Below are positions 10,034-19,245 of a stretch of DNA of 61,822 nucleotides, piece by piece (position 1 is the stretch's first letter; each line of letters opens with the position of its first letter). The notes beneath the pieces are model-generated. The model worked only from the letters and a program-made list of their open reading frames with translations. It made no database searches and was not told the DNA's origin. A program made the translations under genes and the position numbers. Origin of the DNA: Candidatus Bathyarchaeia archaeon (lineage in GTDB: Archaea; Thermoproteota; Bathyarchaeia; Bathyarchaeales; Bathycorpusculaceae); the NCBI GenBank assembly GCA_050010755.1, contig JBEKKK010000006.1, positions 1 to 61,822 on the forward strand, written 5' to 3'.

Positions 10034-10585
10034 TTGAGCAAACAGCAAATCACATTAGAGGAACGAAAAGCTGAAACCCTCATCAAACTGAGGGGCTACA
10101 AGCTTATCAAGAAGCAAAAACATGAAGATGCGATAGGATACATAGTTAACATGCCAAAGGAGAAGGAAAAAGCGTTAATATGGTGCGTTCCAGGCGAAAC
10201 AACAGTGGGCATAAACAGCGTAAACCGCGTGACAAAGGCAATGAAAGACGCCGAAGTGGAAAGGGGAATAATAGTCACGGACGGAAGATACACGCACGCT
10301 GTCAAACTGGGCGCAAAAAAGAAAAAGATAGAACTTCTGCCAAAGACGTTCCCAGCCTTCGACCTGTTCGAACACAAACTGGTCCCAAAGCATGAAATGC
10401 TAACAGAAGAAGAGAAGGAACAGGTGCTCTTGCACTACAAAGTTCACGCTTATCAACTGCCACAAATAAGCTCTCTAGACCCCTGTGTCAAAGCAATAGG
10501 CGCCAAGCCGGGCGACGTACTGCGTGTGACCAGGAAAAGCCCGACGGCAGGCGAACACACATCCTTCAGGTACGTAGTCGAATAA
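10034..10585 (+). CDS. rpo5: DNA-directed RNA polymerase subunit Rpo5/RpoH, long form with extra N-terminal domain
   Basis: C-terminal HKLVPKHEML...QLPQI...DP...GAKPGDVLRVTRKSPTAG...RYVV; about 105 additional N-terminal residues. Confidence 0.92.
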   Translation: MSKQQITLEERKAETLIKLRGYKLIKKQKHEDAIGYIVNMPKEKEKALIWCVPGETTVGINSVNRVTKAMKDAEVERGIIVTDGRYTHAVKLGAKKKKIELLPKTFPAFDLFEHKLVPKHEMLTEEEKEQVLLHYKVHAYQLPQISSLDPCVKAIGAKPGDVLRVTRKSPTAGEHTSFRYVVE

Positions 10586-10672
10586 CTCATCGCGCGCTGC
10601 TTTCACATCCACTAAAAAACGTGCTAGCTAATTATCTTAATTAGTTGGATCTTCATTATACGTTTCCTTCAT

Positions 10673-11680
10673 TTGGTGCATGAAGTGCCACCCATAATCA
10701 GGATTCAAAATCTCACAAAAAAATTTGGAGATTTCACAGCGGTTGATCACCTGAACTTGGACATTGAACAAGGCGAGATCCTTGGAATTTTAGGACCGAA
10801 TGGCTCTGGCAAAAGCACCACCATTCTCATGCTCGCCACTGTCATCAAACCAACAGAGGGGACAGCTTGCATAGGCGACTATGACATCCGGAAACAACCA
10901 GAAAAAGTTCGTGGAATGCTGGGCATAGCTTTCCAAGACCCGAAATTGCTGTTTGTGAGCACGCCTTGGGACGTTGTCAACTTTCACGCTAAAATCTGTG
11001 GATTGCCCGCTGCAGAGCGAAAACGGAGAGTGAAGGAAGTCCTGGAGGCAATGAACATGTGGGACGCGCGCAAAAAAAAGGTTCACGCTCTTTCAGGGGG
11101 CATGCGCAAGAGGGTAGAGATGGCCAAGGTTCTCATTCAGAGACCTAAGGTAGCCATCGTAGATGAGCCGACGGCCCAGATCGACATTGTTGGTAAACAC
11201 AGAATTTGGAACATGCTGTTTGAGCTGCGAGATGAGGGAAGCACCATTATCGTGGCGACTAACGAATTGTACGAGGCCGACAAGCTTTCAGACCGCGTTG
11301 GAATAATTCACAGAGGCAAAATGCTCGTGTGCGACACGCCACAAAAGCTCAAGGACAGCATCGTTGGCGGGGATATAGTTGACCTTCAGCTCGAGAAGGC
11401 ACCTCCAACAAGAGTTGTTGAAGAACTTAAGGGCTTCAAAGAAATTGTGGATGTCCTGCAGCTCAAACCTTTGAGCCTGCGCCTTTACCTGAACCAAGTT
11501 GAAGAAGTTGTCCCGAGAATAATGAACCTCTTGATGAAACAAGGTATTCCGATTACCTCCATGCGTATGAGCGAGCCAAGCCTTGATGACGTTTTCGCTC
11601 ACTACACTGGTTTGAGCATTGAAGAAGCACAGAAAGACGAGGGAGGAATCGTCGGCGAACAAGGTCTTCCTAGTAATTGA
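10673..11680 (+). CDS. ABC-2 exporter ATP-binding protein (DrrA-like)
   Basis: GPNGSGKST, LSGGM, VDEPT, C-terminal EPSLDDVF. Confidence 0.92.
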   Translation: MVHEVPPIIRIQNLTKKFGDFTAVDHLNLDIEQGEILGILGPNGSGKSTTILMLATVIKPTEGTACIGDYDIRKQPEKVRGMLGIAFQDPKLLFVSTPWDVVNFHAKICGLPAAERKRRVKEVLEAMNMWDARKKKVHALSGGMRKRVEMAKVLIQRPKVAIVDEPTAQIDIVGKHRIWNMLFELRDEGSTIIVATNELYEADKLSDRVGIIHRGKMLVCDTPQKLKDSIVGGDIVDLQLEKAPPTRVVEELKGFKEIVDVLQLKPLSLRLYLNQVEEVVPRIMNLLMKQGIPITSMRMSEPSLDDVFAHYTGLSIEEAQKDEGGIVGEQGLPSN

Positions 11681-12419
11681 AAGGGACATACGCCTCTTCT
11701 TTCAGTCCAAGGTTATGATAATCATGCGAGCCATCTGGTTCACTTCTCAGATTGCTCTTTTCGGACTCATTGCCTCGCAGATGGTGACCATACCAAACTA
11801 CTTCCGATACTATGTGGCGGGCTTGTCGGTCATGACGCTTTATTCAGCTGCTATATATATCGGATTTGATATTTACGAAGAAGCAGAGCATGGAGTTTTT
11901 GAGTATCTGCTGAGTCTTCCCGTCTCAAGAAGGCAACTCGTTTTAGGCAGATCCATAGGAGGCGGTGTGAGGGCTTTTATCTACGTCGGACCCTTAGTGG
12001 CAATTTCAATATACGTTCTCGGGTCATTGAACCCTGTTGCGTTCTTGATATCCATGTTTGCTCTCTTCCTGTTTGCCTTTGGCATGTCGGGAATGAGCAT
12101 CGCGTTGGCAGTGACCATAAAGTCCAGTGACCGCTTCGACATATTGATGGGCGTTTTGGACGCTTTGATCGTAAGACTGAGTACCGCTATGTACCCCTTA
12201 GCAGTGCTGCAAGCTTCAAACCCGGCATACGCCTGGCTGGCCACATTTAACCCCCTCACTTACGTCACGAACCTGTTCCGTTGGGGAACAGCTGTCACGG
12301 GTTTAGACGAGAACGCCGCACTCGTAGCAGTGTTTGTCGTAATCGCGTTCTTCGGGTTTTTCACTTTGTTGGGTATAACGCTGTATGACCGGCATATTGA
12401 AGGTGGAGGTTGGCAGTGA
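11619..12419 (+). CDS. ABC-2 type permease
   Basis: About 6 TM segments, EYLLSLPVSR, FNPLTY; start uncertain. Confidence 0.88.
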   Translation: MKKHRKTREESSANKVFLVIERDIRLFFQSKVMIIMRAIWFTSQIALFGLIASQMVTIPNYFRYYVAGLSVMTLYSAAIYIGFDIYEEAEHGVFEYLLSLPVSRRQLVLGRSIGGGVRAFIYVGPLVAISIYVLGSLNPVAFLISMFALFLFAFGMSGMSIALAVTIKSSDRFDILMGVLDALIVRLSTAMYPLAVLQASNPAYAWLATFNPLTYVTNLFRWGTAVTGLDENAALVAVFVVIAFFGFFTLLGITLYDRHIEGGGWQ

Positions 12420-13200
12420 TTTGAGCCAAATCATCCATATTGTGGAGCATGACTTTAGGAATTTCCTACGCTACAAGATGTGGCTCGTGGGCTTAATTAT
12501 GATGAACTTGGCAGACTTGTTTATCACGGCCGTGGTCTACAACAAGGTACTGAACCCAAACCTTACCATCAAAAACTACTTTACCTTTTTCGCTCCAGGC
12601 CTCGTTGTCACCGGCTTGTTTGCCTCGGCCTTTATGATTGGCCGAGAGGTTAACATGGAACGACGAAGAGAGGTTCACCACTACATGCTGTCCCTACCCA
12701 TGGCGCGGATGGAATTGGCTGTCGGGCGGGTGCTTTCAGGAGGATTGCGGGGCATGGTTTACATGTCCCCTCTACTGTTGACCTGTTTCGTCTTTCTAGG
12801 CCTTCCAACACTGCCGCAGTTCTTTGTCATTCTCGGGATCCTGTTTCTCACAGCTATTGGCATTGCGGGTCTGAGCATCGCCATCGCAGTTTCAACCTCC
12901 AACTTGGAAAAGTTTGTGACAGCGCGAGGGTTAGTCTACTACGCACTGTTCTTCTGCAGCAGCGTGTTCTATCCGCTCTCGCTAATTCAGCAATTAGGCA
13001 ACGAAGGCAAGTTCCCAGCTGTGTTGGTAACGTTCGCCGAAATCAACCCTTTGAGCAGCACTTCAGACACCATCCGTTCCTTCCTGCTAGGTTCCCCCCA
13101 ATTTTCATACTACTCCATTCTGGATATCGTCGTATTTTCTATAGTTTTCACTTTCACCGCAGCATTCGCTTACATCAAAATAATTCAACGCAGCGCTTGA
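12385..13200 (+). CDS. ABC-2 type permease
   Basis: FFAPGL, LSLPMAR, SSVFYP, INPLS; start uncertain. Confidence 0.88.
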   Translation: MTGILKVEVGSDLSQIIHIVEHDFRNFLRYKMWLVGLIMMNLADLFITAVVYNKVLNPNLTIKNYFTFFAPGLVVTGLFASAFMIGREVNMERRREVHHYMLSLPMARMELAVGRVLSGGLRGMVYMSPLLLTCFVFLGLPTLPQFFVILGILFLTAIGIAGLSIAIAVSTSNLEKFVTARGLVYYALFFCSSVFYPLSLIQQLGNEGKFPAVLVTFAEINPLSSTSDTIRSFLLGSPQFSYYSILDIVVFSIVFTFTAAFAYIKIIQRSA

Positions 13201-13334
13201 TTATCCACAAATCATAGCTCGCGACAATTAGACTACGTTTCTAGTCGTTTGCAGCGCGCTCTCCAGATGATTCTGAGAGCAAAGGCTCTTGCTTTTTAAC
13301 TTGAATGCTGCTTATTGTCAAGGCGGCGTTTGAA

Positions 13335-13541
13335 TTGGTTAAGTGGGAGTATAAGGTAATTCCGATAAAGACGCAGATTCATTCGGATCATTTCGACGCT
13401 GACAAAAAGCCAGTGATAGACGATGTTCAAAATGACCTGAACGCACTAGGCAAGGAAGGATGGGAACTGGTTGGCATCCAGAACATCAGCCTACAAGACG
13501 GCAGAATGTTCACTGTCGCTTACCTAAAGAAACAAACATAA
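13335..13541 (+). CDS. DUF4177-like small protein
   Basis: KWEYKVI...LNALGKEGWELVG...YLKK pattern. Confidence 0.75.
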   Translation: MVKWEYKVIPIKTQIHSDHFDADKKPVIDDVQNDLNALGKEGWELVGIQNISLQDGRMFTVAYLKKQT

Positions 13542-13913
13542 CGTGTAATAGGCGCGTGCTACAGACTGATTTCTTCCTGAGATGAGCTGGGCTTGCACAT
13601 GTTTGACGCCGCTTCAATACGATCAGTAGTTTTTCTTGTCACAGCTTGTCGTGCGAGCTATGTCGGTCAGCGTGATTAGACCCACCCGTTGATTATCCTT
13701 GAGTATTGGTTCCGCGCGCTGCATATCCGCTGCCACTGTGGGAGCAAAGAAAAGAACGAATAAGCAAATTCAGTATTCAATAACATCAAGATGATCGAGC
13801 AGAAAGAACATTTTTGAAACGTCAAGACATAGACCATAGGGCAGGAAGCAGTAACTATATCTCACAGACGCATACATCCTAATCACGGCCGCGTTTTCCT
13901 TCCGGGTGAAACT

Positions 13914-15608
13914 TTGGTTCAAAGATCAAAACGTCAAGACGAAAAGAGGATTGAAGACGTCATGAACTTTAGCAGGCACATTGCTGGGTCCTCCGAAATC
14001 GCTGCGGCATGCTTGTACAGTGACTATTCAAGTTTGTCGACATCAAGGACAGCTACTCAGGTGTTGCTAGTCATAGAAGATTTTCAGCCTAGAATGATGA
14101 ATTATTTTAAGGCTCTCGGGGTGAATACTCTCGTAGTTATGGCCGTTGACAAATGGGTTTTTGAAAGAGATGTGGACAAAGGTCTTCTCGGAGAAGCCCT
14201 TGCTGGCGGACTGGTTTTTCCATATAAGCCAATATTCAATGGAGATTATTTACACCTTCAAGAAGTTATGCTTAAGAGACGCCTGATTTTGGAACTTCTG
14301 CGGAGCCTCGTTATGGACTTTCCAGAACTTTCATACGAGTTCTACATAGAGCCACAATATTTCATGTATGAAACTTGGCTTACGAGGGCCCGCCTTTTCC
14401 CGCCCATGTTCGATTCTCTGTCAAGCCTTGTCAAAGAAAGCGGAAACATCCAACAAACTCTGGACGGTTTCTTAATCGCCTTGAAAAAGCTGGAGGAGAA
14501 CGGAACCATCCGCTTTTCAGGAAACTATGTGAAGATTTCAAAGGAATTCATTGACAAAGCCAGAATCCGCGGTGCACGATTCACGAGTCTCTTGAAGACT
14601 GGGCACAGGGCTCTCTTTGCGTCTTTGCTGGGCACGCTTCCCCAGATGATGAACATTCTTTCACAGAATAGACCTTCATTCATCAACTTCTCCAAAATGC
14701 TCAGCGAAGGCACTAAGGCTGGGAAGCCGTTCGATGATCCGGAGAACTTGGTGTATGTAAAAACTGCCACTGGGCTCGTTCCACTCTCGAACAGAATAGA
14801 TATCGGAGCTTTTGCCAGAAAAGTGCTCGGCGCAAGTGCAGACGCTCGAATTAAAGTCAAAAGGTTAGGCGGTATTTTGAACGACGTCTACCTAGTGAGT
14901 ATTGGTGCCGATGGAAACGAGAAAAAAGTGGTTGTAAAAAGGTTTCGAGACTGGTCAAACTTCAAGTGGTTTCCTCTCACGTTGTGGTCTATCGGAACCA
15001 AAACCTTCGCTGTTCTTGGAAGCTCAAGACTTGAGAGAGAATGTGCAATAAACCGATTGCTTCATTCACAGGGTGTAGCTGTGCCTGATGTCTTATATGT
15101 CAGTCCAAACGAGCGCTTGATTTTCATGGAGTACGTCTTGGGAGAAGACCTGAGCAACGCAGTGAAAAGAATCGTAGGCTCAAAAAAGGATGGTGAGCCG
15201 AAGAGAGACATCGCCCTGATACCAAAGGTCGGCGTCTTGTTCGCGAAAGTTCACGCCCTCGATGTTTCTCTTGGCGATACGAAGCCCGAAAACATTCTAG
15301 TCGACAAGAAAGATGAGCTTTATCTCACCGACTTGGAGCAGGCGGGTCGAAACGGAGATAAAACGTGGGACATTGCTGAATTTCTGTACTATTCTGGCCA
15401 CTATGTCTCCGCATTCGCCGACCCGCACGAAGCTGAATTGATAGCGAAGACTTTTATCAGAGGCTATTTAAGCGCTAGAGGAAATGTGAAGACTGTCAAG
15501 AATGCTGCTAGCACGAAGTATACTAAAGTATTCAGTTTGTTCGCCTTTCCACGCGTGATGGTAGCTCTCTCGAACGCCTGTAGAAGAGCAGAGCAATGGA
15601 ATGAATGA
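13914..15608 (+). CDS. Degenerate nucleotidyltransferase-like N-terminus fused to Kdo/Bud32-like kinase
   Basis: GGILNDVY, VVVKRF, RLERE, FMEYV, LGDTKPENI, TDLEQ, WDIAEFLYY. Confidence 0.7.
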   Translation: MVQRSKRQDEKRIEDVMNFSRHIAGSSEIAAACLYSDYSSLSTSRTATQVLLVIEDFQPRMMNYFKALGVNTLVVMAVDKWVFERDVDKGLLGEALAGGLVFPYKPIFNGDYLHLQEVMLKRRLILELLRSLVMDFPELSYEFYIEPQYFMYETWLTRARLFPPMFDSLSSLVKESGNIQQTLDGFLIALKKLEENGTIRFSGNYVKISKEFIDKARIRGARFTSLLKTGHRALFASLLGTLPQMMNILSQNRPSFINFSKMLSEGTKAGKPFDDPENLVYVKTATGLVPLSNRIDIGAFARKVLGASADARIKVKRLGGILNDVYLVSIGADGNEKKVVVKRFRDWSNFKWFPLTLWSIGTKTFAVLGSSRLERECAINRLLHSQGVAVPDVLYVSPNERLIFMEYVLGEDLSNAVKRIVGSKKDGEPKRDIALIPKVGVLFAKVHALDVSLGDTKPENILVDKKDELYLTDLEQAGRNGDKTWDIAEFLYYSGHYVSAFADPHEAELIAKTFIRGYLSARGNVKTVKNAASTKYTKVFSLFAFPRVMVALSNACRRAEQWNE

Positions 15609-15676
15609 AAAGTGGTCAAACAAGAAAGCATTGACAATGCTTGGCTTGGACAAAGTTGCTTGTTCGAAGCGTTGCG

Positions 15677-15862
15677 ATGATGGTGAAAGAGCAGGATCTT
15701 GAGGAAATCCGCGACAAGGTCATGAAAGTGTTCGAAGCCTCGAAGCAAAGGTTCGAAGTCTTGGCCCCATCTCACTTTAATTTTGATAGTTCGGAAATAG
15801 ACGGAGATTTTTTTGAAACCTATCAGGACATCGTCCCCGATAACAAGACGGCATGGGACTAA
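15677..15862 (+). CDS. Small acidic hypothetical protein
   Basis: ATGATG start, protein-like composition; no recognisable family. Confidence 0.5.
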   Translation: MMVKEQDLEEIRDKVMKVFEASKQRFEVLAPSHFNFDSSEIDGDFFETYQDIVPDNKTAWD

Positions 15863-15961
15863 TTTGGATTACTGATATTGAATTCCAATTAGAATCTCTA
15901 GTAGTGTGCCGTAATTCACAATGCATAAGTCAACTAGCAATCCTTGGTATCCATGATTTGA

Positions 15962-16201
15962 ATGAACTTTCCGGTACGGTCCAACCACAGAGCCCAGGTG
16001 CTCTTTCATACTTTAGGCCTAAGCTGCCTGGGGGGAGCTATATTTCTGCAGCTCTTGGTGTTCACGGATATAGTTGAACGCGGTTACTTCACGGCCGTGG
16101 AGAATAATCCGGCAATCCTGTGTTTTGAAGTACTCTTGACCATGTTCGCTGCGATATACTTCGCATTCTTGTACCAACGCTTTATTCGTTCGGCCAAGTA
16201 A
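15962..16201 (+). CDS. Small two-TM membrane protein
   Basis: Two hydrophobic helices flanking GYFTAVENNP. Confidence 0.6.
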   Translation: MNFPVRSNHRAQVLFHTLGLSCLGGAIFLQLLVFTDIVERGYFTAVENNPAILCFEVLLTMFAAIYFAFLYQRFIRSAK

Positions 16202-16252
16202 ACACAAAATCAATGAGCGGTTTTCTGCTCCTCTCTCTGGAGCACACCTTAG

Positions 16253-17545
16253 CTATTTTTTGTGCAATTCTTGAGCTGCTATGAAAGTCAACCCTTGCCG
16301 CGTTAGAGCTTCCGCTGTTACATTTAGTGCATCGTGTTTATCTAGGTAGTTGATTAGAAGTTCGTGCATCAATCCCTTGTCGGTGATGTCCTTTTTGGGC
16401 ATGAAGTAGTCCAAGATGTCTGATGGGTGTTCTCTTTTTTCTTCAGTTTCGGGTTTTCCGCCTTCATGTTTTGCACTAATGTTTCTTACGTGATTAGCGA
16501 GTTGCATCAGCTCATTTGTGCGGTCGTAGGGCTGTCTAACGATGCTCTTGTACGCTTCCGTGATGTGGTGTTCAATGCGGACAATGTCCTCAAAGCCAAA
16601 GGCCTTTCTGATATGGGCAGAGAGTTCAATCGTCTCGTTATTGACTGAGTTTGAGAGGTTGAAGCCTATGAGGGGAGTGGAACCGTCATCTCTACTGAAG
16701 AGTTTCGCAGTCATCAACGTCCACAGGATTGAGTAGGGGTTGTCGATTCCCAGAAATACCGAAATCTTGAATTCAATGTCAATTCCCAGTTTTCGAAGCC
16801 AGTATCCCAGCAAAACGGTGCCCGGGTTCGTGTTCAGGACCTGCGGAAGGCCGTATTCCGTGTAATAGTGGAGAAACTCGTCTACCCACTTCAACGTGTA
16901 ATCATTTGGAATTCCAATTCCTCCAAAATAACCCGTCATAGTATCCCCGCCGCCCAGATGAATGTTGATGGGTTTGCCGTCAGGTCCCTGCATTGTGCCC
17001 TTCGTGTCTAACGTTTGAACGTAGGAGGCTCCTACAACCTGCATTGACGCTGCGAAGGCCAGGATATCATCGTCTTCAACTTGTTCTTTCATCGAACGCA
17101 CCCGTATGTAACGGGCAGGCATCAAGTTTTTCTGCGCAATCGCTCTCTTTGCCTCTTCGACAATCCAAGGGAAAAAGTTGAACGCACTGATTTCTAGTGT
17201 GATAGCGAAACACTGATCGAACTCTGTCGACTCCGCCTTCTTTCCAAGAATCTTCTTACGATATTCAGGGATGCTGATAAAGGCCTCTTCATCCCGCATT
17301 TTCATGAGCCATCGGAGATCTTTCACGAAGGATGAATTCTTCTTCTCAAGCCTATCCATAAGGTTTTCAATCTTTTGAGCTTCCTTGGCTCTGCGATTAA
17401 TCTCATCCACGCTACCGTACTTATCGACAATTTGGAGAACACTGTCAACCAGAGGGTTATCTTTCCGTAACAGGAAACTGTTTATCTCCTTCAGGTTCTC
17501 TTCGTCAATTTTCAGCCTATCTTTGAGATTAGCCAAGACGGTCAC
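16253..17545 (-). CDS. Conserved hypothetical protein, probable enzyme
   Basis: 430-aa ORF with enzyme-like motifs (TLEISA, HLGGGDTMTGYFGG, RIEHHITE, SAKHEGG, REHPSDILDYF); function not recognised. Confidence 0.8.
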   Translation of the reverse strand: MTVLANLKDRLKIDEENLKEINSFLLRKDNPLVDSVLQIVDKYGSVDEINRRAKEAQKIENLMDRLEKKNSSFVKDLRWLMKMRDEEAFISIPEYRKKILGKKAESTEFDQCFAITLEISAFNFFPWIVEEAKRAIAQKNLMPARYIRVRSMKEQVEDDDILAFAASMQVVGASYVQTLDTKGTMQGPDGKPINIHLGGGDTMTGYFGGIGIPNDYTLKWVDEFLHYYTEYGLPQVLNTNPGTVLLGYWLRKLGIDIEFKISVFLGIDNPYSILWTLMTAKLFSRDDGSTPLIGFNLSNSVNNETIELSAHIRKAFGFEDIVRIEHHITEAYKSIVRQPYDRTNELMQLANHVRNISAKHEGGKPETEEKREHPSDILDYFMPKKDITDKGLMHELLINYLDKHDALNVTAEALTRQGLTFIAAQELHKK

Positions 17546-17757
17546 TTCTCTCTAACTTTTGGATTGCAAACGATTTAAACATTTCAGGCCCTCTAGCGTC
17601 AGACTGAAGTTTCGCTTTGTTCAGACAGGAAGAAGAATCGTCTTGCCGGCTGAAAGCTGAGGTCGCTCATTGTAAATAGTCACGAACGATGTGGTTTGGT
17701 CATCGCAAGACTGAAATGATATAAGAAGCTTGTCGGAATAGGGCATGAGGACCAGCC

Positions 17758-19236
17758 ATGTACAAGCCAGAGGGTATTCTTCCGGCGTTGGTGACGCCGT
17801 TCACTGATGATGGGAAAGCTGTCGATGAGCAGCGGCTCCGCACTTTGGTGAACCACTGCATCGATTTAGGGGTCCATGGGGTTGTCCCCTGTGGGACCAC
17901 CGGCGAGTTTGTGAATCTCACTGACGAAGAGAAGAAGCGGGTAATCAAAATCGTGGTCGACGAAGTCAATGGTCGAGTTCCAGTGATTGCCGGAACAGGA
18001 GCGAGCGGTACGGATGAAGCCGTGGAAATAACTAGATACGCAAAGGACGTGGGTGCTACTGCCGCTCTTATAGTAACACCGTTCTATCTGAAACCCGCAG
18101 ACCGCGGAATATACGAACACTACTTTACGATTGCAAACAAGGTGGACCTGCCGATAATTCTGTACAATATTCCGCAGTGCACTGGCTTACCGCTTCCCTG
18201 GCAGATGGTTGAGGACTTGGCCCAAATACCAAACATCGTAGGCGTGAAAGATAGCAGCGGACAGTTGACCTTCATCCTAGCTGTCCTTGAAAAAGTTAGA
18301 GACAAAATAAACGTGCTTTGCGGACACGACGAAGTCGTCGTGGCTGCACTCGCGGCTGGATGCTCGGGAGCAATCCTCGCAAGCGCCAACGTCATCCCCG
18401 ATGTCTGGATTCAAATTTATGATCACGTGAAAAAGGGCGAGTTGAAACAGGCTCGTGAGCTTCAATACAAAGTGCAGAAAATAGCTAGGATAATAGCGGG
18501 GAGCGGAGCGGTTGGGACAAAAGAAGCACTGAAGATGATGAAAATTAAGGTTGGTCCGGTGAGAATGCCGTTGAGCGTCGGAGGAGAATTGACGTATGAA
18601 TCAAAAGAGGAGTTACGACTCGACCTGGAAAAAATGGGGAAGGTGCAGCCGAAACAGATAGCTTTTGAGGTGGCTGAAAAGCCGTTGGAGGAGCGTTTTG
18701 CGACCGTGGGCATCAGCGCTGAAGCGATTAACAGCTCGAAGATGATTGTCGGCGAAGCTCTAGCCGGGCAAGGGGCAGAAGTTGCCCACATCGACCTCCT
18801 TATTGGAACAAAGGATGGTGCAGTGGCAGAAGCTTTCGCGAGAGCTAAGGCAACGCCAACGTCGGGTCATGAACCACTTTTGGCTATCTTGGAGCCGAAC
18901 CTGTCTGTCAAACCGATTACGCTTATCGTTCCAACAGTTACGATCAGGGGCATGCGGCAAGCAAGCATGGTCTACGGTCCAGCCCAAACAGCTGTGGCCA
19001 AAGCAGTCATCGACAGCGTTGCAGATGGCACGATTCCGAGAGAAGCGGTTGAAGAATTCATTATCATCGCAAACGTTTTCGTTCATCCCTCGGCAGTTGA
19101 CCGGCAACGTGTTTACATAAACAACTACAAGGCGATGCGCCATGCGGTACGGAAGGCCCTGGAGAACCGGCCTAGCATTGACGAACTCATTGAGAACAAG
19201 GACAGGTCAAAACATCCCTTCAAGTATTCACCGTAG
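17758..19236 (+). CDS. DapA-family class I aldolase fused to formaldehyde-activating enzyme (Fae)
   Basis: N-terminal GTTGE, PFY, LYNIP, GVKDSSG; from about 18742 GEAL...EVAHIDLLIG...PNLSVKP...GPAQTAVAKAV...VFVHP...NY...KHPF, typical of Fae. Confidence 0.9.
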   Translation: MYKPEGILPALVTPFTDDGKAVDEQRLRTLVNHCIDLGVHGVVPCGTTGEFVNLTDEEKKRVIKIVVDEVNGRVPVIAGTGASGTDEAVEITRYAKDVGATAALIVTPFYLKPADRGIYEHYFTIANKVDLPIILYNIPQCTGLPLPWQMVEDLAQIPNIVGVKDSSGQLTFILAVLEKVRDKINVLCGHDEVVVAALAAGCSGAILASANVIPDVWIQIYDHVKKGELKQARELQYKVQKIARIIAGSGAVGTKEALKMMKIKVGPVRMPLSVGGELTYESKEELRLDLEKMGKVQPKQIAFEVAEKPLEERFATVGISAEAINSSKMIVGEALAGQGAEVAHIDLLIGTKDGAVAEAFARAKATPTSGHEPLLAILEPNLSVKPITLIVPTVTIRGMRQASMVYGPAQTAVAKAVIDSVADGTIPREAVEEFIIIANVFVHPSAVDRQRVYINNYKAMRHAVRKALENRPSIDELIENKDRSKHPFKYSP

Positions 19237-19245
19237 TGAACTCGG

